Of a stretch of 64,000 nucleotides of DNA, positions 27,495-38,050 are shown piece by piece (position 1 is the stretch's first letter; the number at the start of each line of letters is the position of its first letter). The DNA comes from Geosiphon pyriformis uo1 (taxonomy: Eukaryota; Fungi; Glomeromycota), in the NCBI GenBank assembly GCA_016748015.1, contig JAAOMT010000295.1, forward strand, positions 682,001-746,000, written 5' to 3'. Both the position numbers and the translations under genes were made by a program. The notes under the pieces were generated by a model. That model saw nothing but the letters and a program-made list of their open reading frames with translations, made no database searches and had not been told where the DNA came from.

Positions 27495-28208
27495 TGTTAT
27501 AAATTAAAATAACAAATTAATAAATAATAATAAAATTTATAAAAAAAAATTTAACTTTAAAAAGCAAATTAAATTAGTATAAGTTTAATATATAAAATTA
27601 ATCTCATAAATATTTTAATTGTTAATTTTTTTAAAAAATAACAAAAAAATTTAAAAGTAAAATAGTAGCTTGTACTATTAACAAAAAATAACACATTAAT
27701 ATAATTATATGCTTTATGTAAATATTTTTAATATTTAATATTAAGTATTAATTATATTCTTTAATTATATTTATTCAATAATTTTTAAAATTAACAGTTA
27801 TATATAAATACTAATAAGTAATTTTTTATTTATAAATGTTTAAATACTTAAAAAAATTGAAAAAGAAAAATAAGTAAATTGAAAAAAATTGAATATTTTG
27901 GAAATAATTTTTATTATTTTAATTTATATGTATTAAACATGTTTTTTACAGTTAAAAATTTTATTACTTATATAACTATTTAAAGTAGTCAATAATTAGA
28001 TTAATAATTAGATTAATAATTAGATTAATAATTAGATTAATGATTAAATTATTGATTAAATCAATAATTAAGTCAATAATTAAGTTAACAACAACCAAAT
28101 TATTAATTAGATTAATAATTATTATCTAAAAATAGAATGATTAATTATATGACATCAGTGGTTATTATATGTAATAATTAATAAAAACTATGGTGTTTAA
28201 TTATAACA
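27495..28208 (-). mobile_element. Solo LTR (family A), strongly decayed
   Basis: Plus-strand termini TGTTATAA...TTATAACA, colinear with 20634-21301, 12-bp array at ~27990-28120. Flanks TTAT/ATAA do not match as a TSD. Confidence 0.75.
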
Positions 28209-28609
28209 ATAAATATTATTATTAATCTAAATCTGTAAATCATAAACTATTATTAATTATTATGAATTTACTTAACAAATACATATTTTGAAAAGAAAAA
28301 ACATTTTTAGAAACTATCTTAAAATTAATAAGTTTTTTATTGTTAAATAAACATAATTCCAATTTTTACAAAATTTTTTAATTAATATACAAGAAAAGTT
28401 TTATTATTATTTATAATAATATATAATTTTTTATAAATAAAATTGATTTTTGTTTTTATTTATTTTGTAAAATAATTAATTATTATTAAGAATTATTATT
28501 AAAGATTTAACAATATTAATACTAATTTTATTAAATACTTGACCAATAAATAATAAGAAATTAAAGTTTTTTAAATTGTTTTTGTTATTTTAGTTAATAA
28601 ATTAATATA

Positions 28610-29192
28610 CACTTGGCGGAAAAAAGTCATAAGACACTTTATTATTTCTTTAATAACTTTTTATTTTATTTAATACTTAATAACTAGTTGGTCCATCTTC
28701 CTTTCTAATACATTCTTCAATACGTCTAGATACACTAGTAACCAAATTTATATAGATATTTCGTGGAATTGCTTGCCATTCTTCTTATAACGCGAGGAAT
28801 AATTTGTGATTATTTTCGGAGCGCGGATTTTGTTTTTTGAGTTGTTTTTGTAAATAATTCCATAAATGCTTTATTGGATTCAAATCGGGTGATTGTGCTG
28901 GCTATTTAGAAAGTAAATTGAGATGTTTTTGAGCCATCCAAGTCTTAACATTGAACTTTGGATTTTTGAATATTTAATGTTTATCAAAAAAAAGCCGAAA
29001 AATTTTATGTTGATAAAAAAAAGGCGAATTAAATATTGTTAATTATATCTTTGTTTTATTATTTTAATATATTCCTTACTATTTATAGATAGCTAATATA
29101 GTTATAAATAAATTTTTATAGATATTTTTATCATTCATGAAACACAAAATAATAAAAATGTAAAGTGTCCCATGACTTTTTTCTGCCGAGTG
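28610..29192 (-). mobile_element. Internally deleted Tc1/mariner (Tc1-like) DNA transposon
   Basis: ~31-bp TIRs CACTTGGCGGAAAAAAGTCATAAGACACTTT vs CACTCGGCAGAAAAAAGTCATGGGACACTTT, with TA duplications at 28608-09 and 29193-94. Minus strand encodes *PAQSPDLNPIKHLW (Tc1 WPxxSPDLNPIE motif) and C-terminal ..RRIEECIRKEDGPTSY*. Confidence 0.93.
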
Positions 29193-29284
29193 TATGTTGT
29201 AAATTACAATTTATTTTTAAATTAAATAATTTTTTATAAGTGGTTAAAATCTTTTTTTACAACTGGAAACTTTTTTGCTGAAAA

Positions 29285-29392
29285 AAATCAATAATTAAGT
29301 TAATGACTAAGTCAATAATCAGATTAATGATAAGATTAATGATTAAATTAATGGTTAGGTCAATGATTAGATTTATGATTAGGTCAACAATT
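29285..29392 (-). repeat. 12-bp tandem array (approx. GTCAATGATTAG on +), same type as in LTR family A
   Basis: About 9 units visible. Similar unit and downstream context to the arrays at 21170-21270 and 27990-28170. Confidence 0.7.
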
Positions 29393-29528
29393 TTATTTAA
29401 ATTTGATTGGCTTGAGTGGCTGGTTACATGTGATTTATGATTATAGTATAGAGTTAAAATTAAACTCAATCAATCTGATTTTCATCGGCCAATCATAACC
29501 AAGTATACAGTTAACAGTTTAAATCATT

Positions 29529-29550
29529 ACGCGTAATATCATGAACGCGT
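29529..29550 (+). promoter_or_regulatory. Two MluI cell-cycle box (MCB, ACGCGT) motifs, plus CCAAT motifs at ~29407 (reverse) and ~29489
   Basis: ACGCGT at 29529-34 and 29545-50, 31-52 bp before the condensin ATG. Function is inferred from yeast MBF sites. Confidence 0.55.
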
Positions 29551-29580
29551 TTTTCGACTTTAGTTGTCTTGAAAAGTAAT

Positions 29581-32500
29581 ATGGCGGTAAAGAAAAATCC
29601 GATTGCAAATTTATCGAGTACAATACCCCAAATATTTCAAGAATGTCAAAAGTCTACCACTAACCACCGTAAAAATGTGGCAACTTTACGCAAGCTTCAA
29701 GAACAGTGTTCCGCTGTTAGGTTAGAAAAGGTGTTTGAAGGTTCTTCAAGGTCAGCCGCTGGAAGGACCTCATCGTCTTTCCAATCAACTGAAAACGGAG
29801 AACAGGCTTTTAATCGAGAGTTTGTCCGAAACTTAAATAAGGTGCTTGCCATTAAGAAAAAAGATCCCAGTGCTGACAGAGTCATTAAGTTTGTGGGGGC
29901 CTTTATACAATTTATCGTGGAAAAAGGTAAAAGCTTGATATTCGACTTTTATATCCAGTCATTTAGACTTTGTATCCCAAATAATATCCAAATTTTATCT
30001 TGAAAAAAAAAGGCATTAAAGCACGAGATGAATTTATATTTCAAGAATCCGACGATGAGGCGATATCATCGCGATTCGTTACATTCATCATTGGACACAT
30101 TCTAAGAGGCATCGATGCCAAAGATAAACATTTAAGACTTCGTGTTTGTCAATCACTTGCTCTTTTAAGCCCCAGCTCTTTGAATTTTTTATCGTAAGAG
30201 CAATTTTTTATGTCAATTTTGCTTTTATATTAATCTATTTTAAAATCCTTTGACATTATAGTGATGCCCTTTTTGAGAGATTAAAAGCAAAGTTAATTGA
30301 TCGTGTAAGAGACAAAGAAACTAGTGTAAGGGCCCAGGCAATAATTGCACTATCCAAATTGCAGGTAAAGAATTTCATTATTGATTTGAATGTTACTTGT
30401 AATTAATCGCTCACATGCTCTTTACTTTAAGGGAGAAGATATTGAAAATGATCGAGAAGTCACAGATAAACTTTGTGAAATCCTACAAAATGATCCCAGC
30501 GCGTTAGTTATATTTTCTAAACTGTAAATGGGGATACTTCATTGTTTTAAATCTACCCTTTCATTTTCCTGTTTAATCCTGATCAGTGAGGTTAGACGTG
30601 CTGCTTTGTCCTACGTTGCACATAACGAAAAAACCATCCCCTTCCTGCTGGAACGTGCACGAGATATTGATCCCATTACTCGTCGTTCTGTATACACTAA
30701 AACGATGGAAGTAATCGCAGATTTCCGTATTCTAAAAATTGAGGATCGTGAAAATTTATTGAATTGCGGTCTTACCGACAGGTTGAGCTGGTGATAAATG
30801 TTATCTTTTAACGTGAGAGTAAACTTTACAGCCCACCCTTTTTTTGATACAAAAAATCCTTATGGTAAAATTCAGAGATCCGGTGGTCAAACAGGCCTGC
30901 ACTAAGATGCTATCAACGAATTGGATTTATCACGCGAACAATGATGTTTTAGAGGTAACTGAATGTAGCTTTTTTAAGTATTAAAATTCTGTTTTTTTTA
31001 AATATTTTTCCTATGCAGTTCCTAGAAAGATTAGATGTCGTCAGCAGCAATATTGCTAAAGAAGCTCTGCTTGCCTGTTTCGCATCCCGCCCCGATTTAA
31101 TAGAAACTTTACAATTTGATGGTATATTTAATGAATTCTTATCCTTTTGAAGTCTCAATGACTAACTATCCTTAATTTTGTCATAATAGACAACTTTTGG
31201 GACACTTTGACTGTTGAGAGAGCATTCCTTGCCAGAGTTTACAGTGAATTTTGCAAAGAGGTATCTCACAATATCTTGATTGATTAAAATTTTAGCTAAA
31301 TGTATTAAATTTATAATTGATTCAAGGACACTGGGAAATTTGACGAGGCAATGCCGGAAGTAACACGACTGGCTTTTTACATACAAAAGTACAACAATTG
31401 CATACATGAAGCTTCTGAAGAAGATCAAATAAATTATGAATTTGTCTTGGGACAATTGCTTATACTAGCAGGATTTTTAGATTATAGTGATGAAGTCGGA
31501 CGACGAACAATGTTCACATTATTACGTAAGTGCTGAAATTCTCAATATATTATGAAAAGAACAGAGCAATTTATTTTGATTTTTGTCCTAAGGCAAAATG
31601 TTGATGCTGCCTCAAATTGCCGATGAACACATTGAACTTATTATTGAAGTAATGAACCGGACCACTATAAATGAAAGAGATTTCACTCGGTTCGTTAATT
31701 TCACATTAAACCTGCTATTCGTTTTCCTGATCCGGTTCAAACTATTCTGCCTCTCCACTAGTTCAATTATAGAAATAATATCAGATCTTCGTGAAAGTCT
31801 TGATTCCGATGACACATCATTTCGACATCCCCATCAGGTTCATAGGCTTGTGATTTGATTAAAAGTCAGAACAAAAGCAATCATCTATTTAAATAATTTA
31901 ATTCTTTAGCCTGAAGAGCTTACTGTTAATATGTCACACTTGAGTATTAACCCAGAATCGATAAAGGATTTTGGGAGATCACCTGCCGTTGGCACGTCTC
32001 GAGCGAGAGCTTCGTCTATTGATTCATTGGAAGAAGAGGAAGAAGATTATAAAGATGATGATGATCCAGTCTGGATTGATCTCAAATGTCTTCGGATAGT
32101 GCGATCTATGTTAGAAAAAAACGAACAGGTTTGTGTTTTTTTGTTTAAAAATCTATTTGAATTATAAAACATTTTAATCGATCCCAAGGTTATTATTAGA
32201 ATTTGCTCGAAAATCCATCTATGTATGGCCTTTTAAATGACCTTATTGCACCAAGTGTACAATCCCGTGAGCCAATCATCCGTGAAATGGGAGTTCACTG
32301 TCTTGGGTTATGCTGTTTGCTGGATCAGGTAAGTAGAAAATTTTCAATATTATGATTCATATTATTTTTAACCGATCTAGAGTTTAGGTTTTAGCAAGGG
32401 AAAATTTGGTTTTATTCATACATTGTGCTAAACATGGACATGACACTCTGAAAGCGAAATCTTTGATGGTAAATTTTTTTATCAATGAAATCTGATTGAA

Positions 32501-34039
32501 AAAAATTCTCAGCTTTAATTTTCATTTCAGGTTATATTTGATATCTTGATGACATTCGGATACAATGATTTTATCTCGATAACAGGCCAAGTGAGTCAGA
32601 TAAGGAAGCTATTACATGGGTCCACTCGGGTCTTTTTCTAACCTTATTATTTCATGTAAAAAAGTTGGAACAAATTCGAAATTTGTTTGATTCCTCGCTA
32701 AATAGTGAGAATGCAGAAGTTCAATCAATTGTCGTGGAAGGTTTAGCCAAACTGATGCTCTCCAAAGTATTTTGTGATAAAGAGGTTTTAATTCAAAATT
32801 TTCTTCAATTTAATTCTTTTTTCCAATGGTTTATTTTAAATTAAATCTTCCTTTCCCAAAGGTTTTGCAAAAATTAGTTGTACGATATTTTGAAAGCGAC
32901 ACAGTCGAAAACCTTCGATTAAGGCAATGCCTGAGCTACTTTCTACCAGTTTACTGTCATTCTTCGGCTGAAAGTCAAAGAGTTATGGGAGAGGTACATC
33001 ATCACTATCCTCTTTTATAGCGTGTTATAATGGATCAATTACAAATAATACCCTATTGTTATGAAAGATATTCGCTTCCTCATTAACGGAGCTTATTCGA
33101 GTCCACATGAGTCATGGCAAAGGAACCGATATGATATCACCTTTGCAGATCGCTCAGCAATTAGTTGATTGGACGGATCCAAATCAAATTGTGTATGTTC
33201 ATAGGAACTTTATCAAATAAGGTTATTTAAAATAATGATCTTCGCTTATATTCAATAGGAAATCAGAGAGTAATTCGGAAGAAATTGATTATGGACTTCA
33301 TGGTGATATCGCCGTTGAGATCCTCAAAGCCTTATTCCTTGAACAAAACAGTTAATATAAGTTATTAATGTATCCTTCTCAGTATATACAATTCACTGAC
33401 TCAAAAATATTTCCTGATCAAGGGGAAGTACGAAAATTGCTTTGCCAAATTCTCAATAAACTTAATATTGACGAAAATGTTGGAATTTTGCGGCTCAAGA
33501 AACTTACGTTACTTACCGGCAATTTGAAATCGGTTTGCAATTTATTTCGAATAATTTATTACCCTCGATAAAGTATTATTAAATAAATATATTTCAATGC
33601 ACTAAATTTAGCGGAGACCTTTGAAAGACACATTGTCTAAAAATGCGATCAACAAATTTGAGAATTCGTTACTTAAATACTTTGACGAAGGGCCTCAAAC
33701 GTTGGACGATAACGAAATTGATCAGCTAGAAGAAATACAAGCTTTTGTTGAAGATGTTGAAGATGGTATGCACTAAATGATTAATGTTTTTGAAATAGAT
33801 CTCCTTCTCATACTTCTCTGTGCCTCAATAGATGATGACTACTCTACGATTGATATACCGATTCGCACGACTCGATCACGGTGAGAGTCTATTTATATAC
33901 AATTGATTCAGTTAGAGGGGGATTGTTTCTATACTAAAAGTCGAATTTTAACTGATTTTTTAGAACGTCAAAAGCCGCAGCATTGGCAAATCTACAAAAA
34001 GAAATCGACGATATGCTAGATGACGAGTATGAAGAATAA
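29581..34039 (+). CDS. ycg1: Condensin complex subunit G (Ycg1/Cnd3/CAP-G), HEAT-repeat protein, ~23 exons, ~950 aa
   Basis: Spliced motifs typical of CAP-G: IPQIFQECQKSTTNHRKN, GIDAKDKHLRLRVCQ, RDKETSVRAQAIIALSKLQ, QNDPS-EVRRAAL, LERARDID..TRR, DYSDEVGRR, LRQCLSYFLPVYCHS. About 22 GT-AG introns of ~60-95 nt; first intron 29927-30012; stop TAA 34037-39. Confidence 0.93.
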
Positions 34040-34549
34040 TTAGTGAGAAAGCTTTATTATTCGAATACTCACCCAGCTATCTATCCGACATTGAACTGTA
34101 AATACACGTTAAATAATAAATTTTATTCGCTACTTTTTTGGGTTGTGAATAATGTTATCAAACATGCAAATGAACTATAACCAAAGCAAATAAGGAAATG
34201 ATAAACATTTAATTATATAAAATACAAAAAACAGTCTAAAATTTTACCATTTTTGATTTTAATTATATTTATTTAAAAAACAAAAATAAATTTTATAAAC
34301 ATTTATTTTTGACAAATTTTTATATTATATGTTATAAAATAATATTTTTTAAATAAAAATATTTAATTAAAACCTTAATTATATAATAATTAAATAATAA
34401 ATAGCATTAATATTTAAAAATAAAACAAATAAATTATATAAAATTTTAATTAAAAAATCTTAAAATTTAAACAAATATGGGGTGTGCTGCAATGTGGAAT
34501 AAAGAAGTCTGGAAAATTTAAAAATTCAAATCTCCTTTCTTACCATATT

Positions 34550-34767
34550 CATTCATTTCGAATGGAGTCGCAGGTAACCAATTCTGGTATCACGACTGAA
34601 TTGCAAGTGTGATTGGCATCGCGGCGAAAAGGAGGAAGTGGTTGGTAGTCAGACGAGAGGATGATGGAGGCTCTGGAAAGAGCAATGTTCACCGCCGCTT
34701 CCTCTTGATCCTCCTTGCTGGGCACTGGGGATGAACATTCGACGGTCCCCACCCCTGAGGGTGTCCA
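34550..34767 (+). ncRNA. Candidate structured RNA element of unknown class
   Basis: GC-rich island with consecutive stems containing G-U pairs on the + strand and a GGAA tetraloop. No known family recognised. Confidence 0.3.
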
Positions 34768-35114
34768 TATAATACAACAATTTTAGCTTATCACGGAAAT
34801 CTATTATGTCATTATCATTATTATCTACCAAATCGCATGAAATGTGATAATCAAGATATTCAGTGATATATATATTTTAATTGAAAATTCACTACCGATA
34901 ACCGATAAATATGATGATGAAAGTATGACGAATGATGATCTAAATATGTAACAATGTTGTAATGTTATCTTTAAACTTGACCTGGGTAATGCTCGGGGTG
35001 ACCTGAAAGACCAGTTTTTTATTGATTATTGTTACTCTTTTCAGAAACCGATTTGTCGTATCCCCAACATTGGAAGTGGCAAAAAGCTTAAACAAAAAAC
35101 AACAACAAAAACAC

Positions 35115-35145
35115 AATAAAAAATAAAAATAAAAATAAAAATAAA

Positions 35146-35184
<39 letters not shown>
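35115..35184. repeat. Compound microsatellite (AAAAAT)n(AAT)n
   Basis: Directly visible. Confidence 0.9.
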
Positions 35185-35185
<1 letters not shown>

Positions 35186-36520
35186 GGTAAGATTTCAAGA
35201 CCTATCTTTTTTGATTTCATTTCGAAAATCAATTGTGGCAAAGCCCAAAGCAATGAACTTTTTCTTCCAAATTCCCAATCAATCATGAAGATTTTTCACC
35301 CCCAAATTTTTTATCTTGAAAAAAAGAAACCCCGAATTATTATCTCACTGAATTCTTGTTTTCCAATCTGACATTAAGTCAAAATTTTTCTCATCATTCT
35401 AATATTATTCCAAAAAAACTTATTACAAGATTGGTACGATCTTTATGCATTATAATTTGTCGATTTGAATAGAAACATCTATTTTCCCTAACTTATATTC
35501 ATTGAAGGAAAACTGAGTCAGTAAAAAGATAAATAATTCGACTATTATTACTTAATTTTCACTTAAAGAAATTATTCGATTATTATTATTATAAATTTTT
35601 AAACTCATATATTTTAAAATAAATAAAATTTTTTTTTAAAGGTAGCAAATCATTTATTAAGGAAAAAATCCCACAGCCCTTACCTCTTACGTTTTTTCTT
35701 CTCCTTTATTTTGAACTTTTTTCATCTTTTCACTCGGCTTCTTTCAACTTCTCTTTTGTTATTCCCGGCTATTTCATCTTTCCCCAAATCTTTTTTTATT
35801 TCCCATTATTCTTAATAAATAGATTTTCAAATAATTATCAAGCCAAACTTTATCAATTTTCACCATTTATAAATTTTCAAGAAGTCAGTCACTGATCATA
35901 AAACATCATCATCAAGCAGTCAACCTGTCATCATAATAGACCATTTATAAGGTATATTATCATTGATATTTAATCTCTTATAAAAAAAAAAAAAAAGAAA
36001 CCAAAAAAATTTAACAATAACAGATAACAAGAAAATCAACAACACACATAAAAATAAATCTTATAAGTTTATAAATACACCATCGTTAGCTGGACCCCCG
36101 CTCAACCGCCCTCACCAAATTTAAAAACGTTTCTTTTATATACTTGTTGTTTTGGAAAGCAAACTATTCGTACTATCCCTCGCTTGCCCTAACGTTTTCC
36201 TCCGAAAACTTTACAACTTGAAACTAAAAAATTCCGAAATTGGACAACAGTGAACACGAACCTTTATTCGACTCTTACATAACTCAGTATATTGTTCCTC
36301 TTTCTCTTCCTGTAATTATTTAGACCTACTCTTTCCAACATTTTTTCCTTACTTTACCCCTATAACATCTATCTGTAAAAATCCATTGTTTCGCCCCTTT
36401 TGTTTTCTTTGCAGTCCGCGTGATTATTATCAAGCAATTATTAGTTTCCAAATTTTTTTTAGCATAGAAAAAAAAAAGCCTCTTAAAATTCCCTTTTTTA
36501 AACATCTATAAGTTTCTTCA

Positions 36521-38050
36521 ATGCTTGTTTTACAGACCTCTCCTAACGATCTTAGTTTTAACACTAATACTGCCTCAATTGCAAATTATTCTGCAATTTC
36601 TCCTCAAGCTATTGCACCTATGTATCAAACCTCACCTACTCAGTATCAGACTCAACAGCAGCAACAAGCTTCATTCGTATATTCAACAAATCCTTCTGAA
36701 GCAAATAACCAAAACCTTAACACTCAAGTTCAATACGCCGCGGCAGCCGCAGCCGCAGCAGCAGCAGCTCATTCAAGATCTTCTTCAACTTCCTCGTTAT
36801 CTCGTAACTCTGATAATTCTTTTGCTATTGATAATAATTATTATCAATCACAGCAACAAGAACAACAACAATCCCAAAACTCACCACTCCTGAATACTAC
36901 TTTATCAAACCAACAAAGCAATATGTCTAATTCAGACAATAATTCTGGAGCTAATAATCCTTTGGGTCTAAACATTCTTCCTCCGATATCTGAAGTTTTA
37001 CAAAGACAACCACAAAATAATAACTCTCCTAACTCTTCTCCTACTCAATCACAAGTGGTTCCTAATGTTCAGTCCCAAAATCAATCCCAATCTGCAGCTA
37101 ATGCCATAACCGTAAACATGGTAGCTGCCGCACAATCTGTTCCCGCAAGTTTTTATGCTCAATATTCAGATCCAACTTATGGTGCTACTCAATCTGATGG
37201 TTCCTATGGATCTCAAGCCTCATTACAACAAGTTATGAGTCAACAACAACAACAAGTAGCTTTGAATCATCAACATGCTGCCTTAGGGCAAAACTCTCAG
37301 ATGAATGCCAACTTATTGCCGCCGATCGTCGGCAATGGTACTGATATGCAACCGATCCTTGATCCGACAAGCCGTCGTAATTCCTCACTTTTACCCATTA
37401 ACACATCTGGGATAAATGTCAATGGTCCTGATCAAAGTCCTATGAGTGGGACCAATTCTACAATTGATTCACCTTTACTACCTTCTGGTTCCTCGGGGAC
37501 CCCTATTACATATCATTCACAAGGACATAATCCCATGTTAAATACTCATTTCTTGGCAGCTACCCAATCGATTAATACTGGTATGATGCAACATCCACAA
37601 CGTGGTATCAATGGTCGTCGACGTTCAAGTGATCTTAACACTTCAAATATGGATCGTCCACAAAAAGTTTACTCCTTCGTACCATTGCCAGGAATTAATA
37701 CCAAGAAACGACCACGTCGACGATATGATGAAATTGAACGTCATTACGGTTGTATTTTTCCCGGTTGCACAAAAGCCTATGGTACTTTAAATCATTTGAA
37801 TGCACATGTTCAGATGCAAAAGCACGGTTCCAAACGACATCCGACTGGTAAGTTTTAAAAGAAAAAAATACTCAAGATTTTTGATGACAATAAGAATAAA
37901 CCTAACAAAATTTAATTTTCAATAGAATTCAAAGAACTACGTAAACAATGGCGTAGGCAAAAACGTGAAGAAGAAGAACGAAAAGCTGCTGAAGCTGCCC
38001 AAGCTAAACAAACTCCCTCAATCCTCAACAGCAATTTAACGTCAATATAA
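36521..38050 (+). CDS. con7: Con7-like C2H2 zinc-finger transcription factor, join(36521..37847,37926..38050), 483 aa
   Basis: YSFVPLPG..KRPRRRYDEIERHYGCIFPGCTKAYGTLNHLNAHVQMQKHG..RHPTEFKELRKQWR matches the Con7-family signature. Q/N/S/A-rich N-terminus. GTAAGT..AATAG intron restores the conserved EFKE motif. Confidence 0.88.

Noticed and set aside
7957-29392. 12-bp and ~39-bp arrays as CRISPR-like arrays
   Set aside because: Head-to-tail repeats without unique spacers, lying inside LTRs of a eukaryote; no cas genes.
29257-29469. Periodic ORF (DLIINLII..), and likewise the poly-Ile ORF at 35041-35286
   Set aside because: Translations of tandem repeats or microsatellites.
34703-34730. TCC-TCCTTGCT-GGG resembles the P3/L3 of HDV-like ribozymes
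   Set aside because: No convincing P1 helix and no properly placed catalytic C in J4/2.
34549-34831. Two overlapping minus-strand ORFs (one containing LRGG)
   Set aside because: Short, no recognisable domain or ubiquitin fold, and no splice model I can support.
34972-35010. AACTTGACCTGGGTAATGCTCGG resembles the P4/P5 half of a TPP riboswitch
   Set aside because: No adjacent UGAGA/P2-P3 half, no CG after P5, and no thiamine gene nearby.
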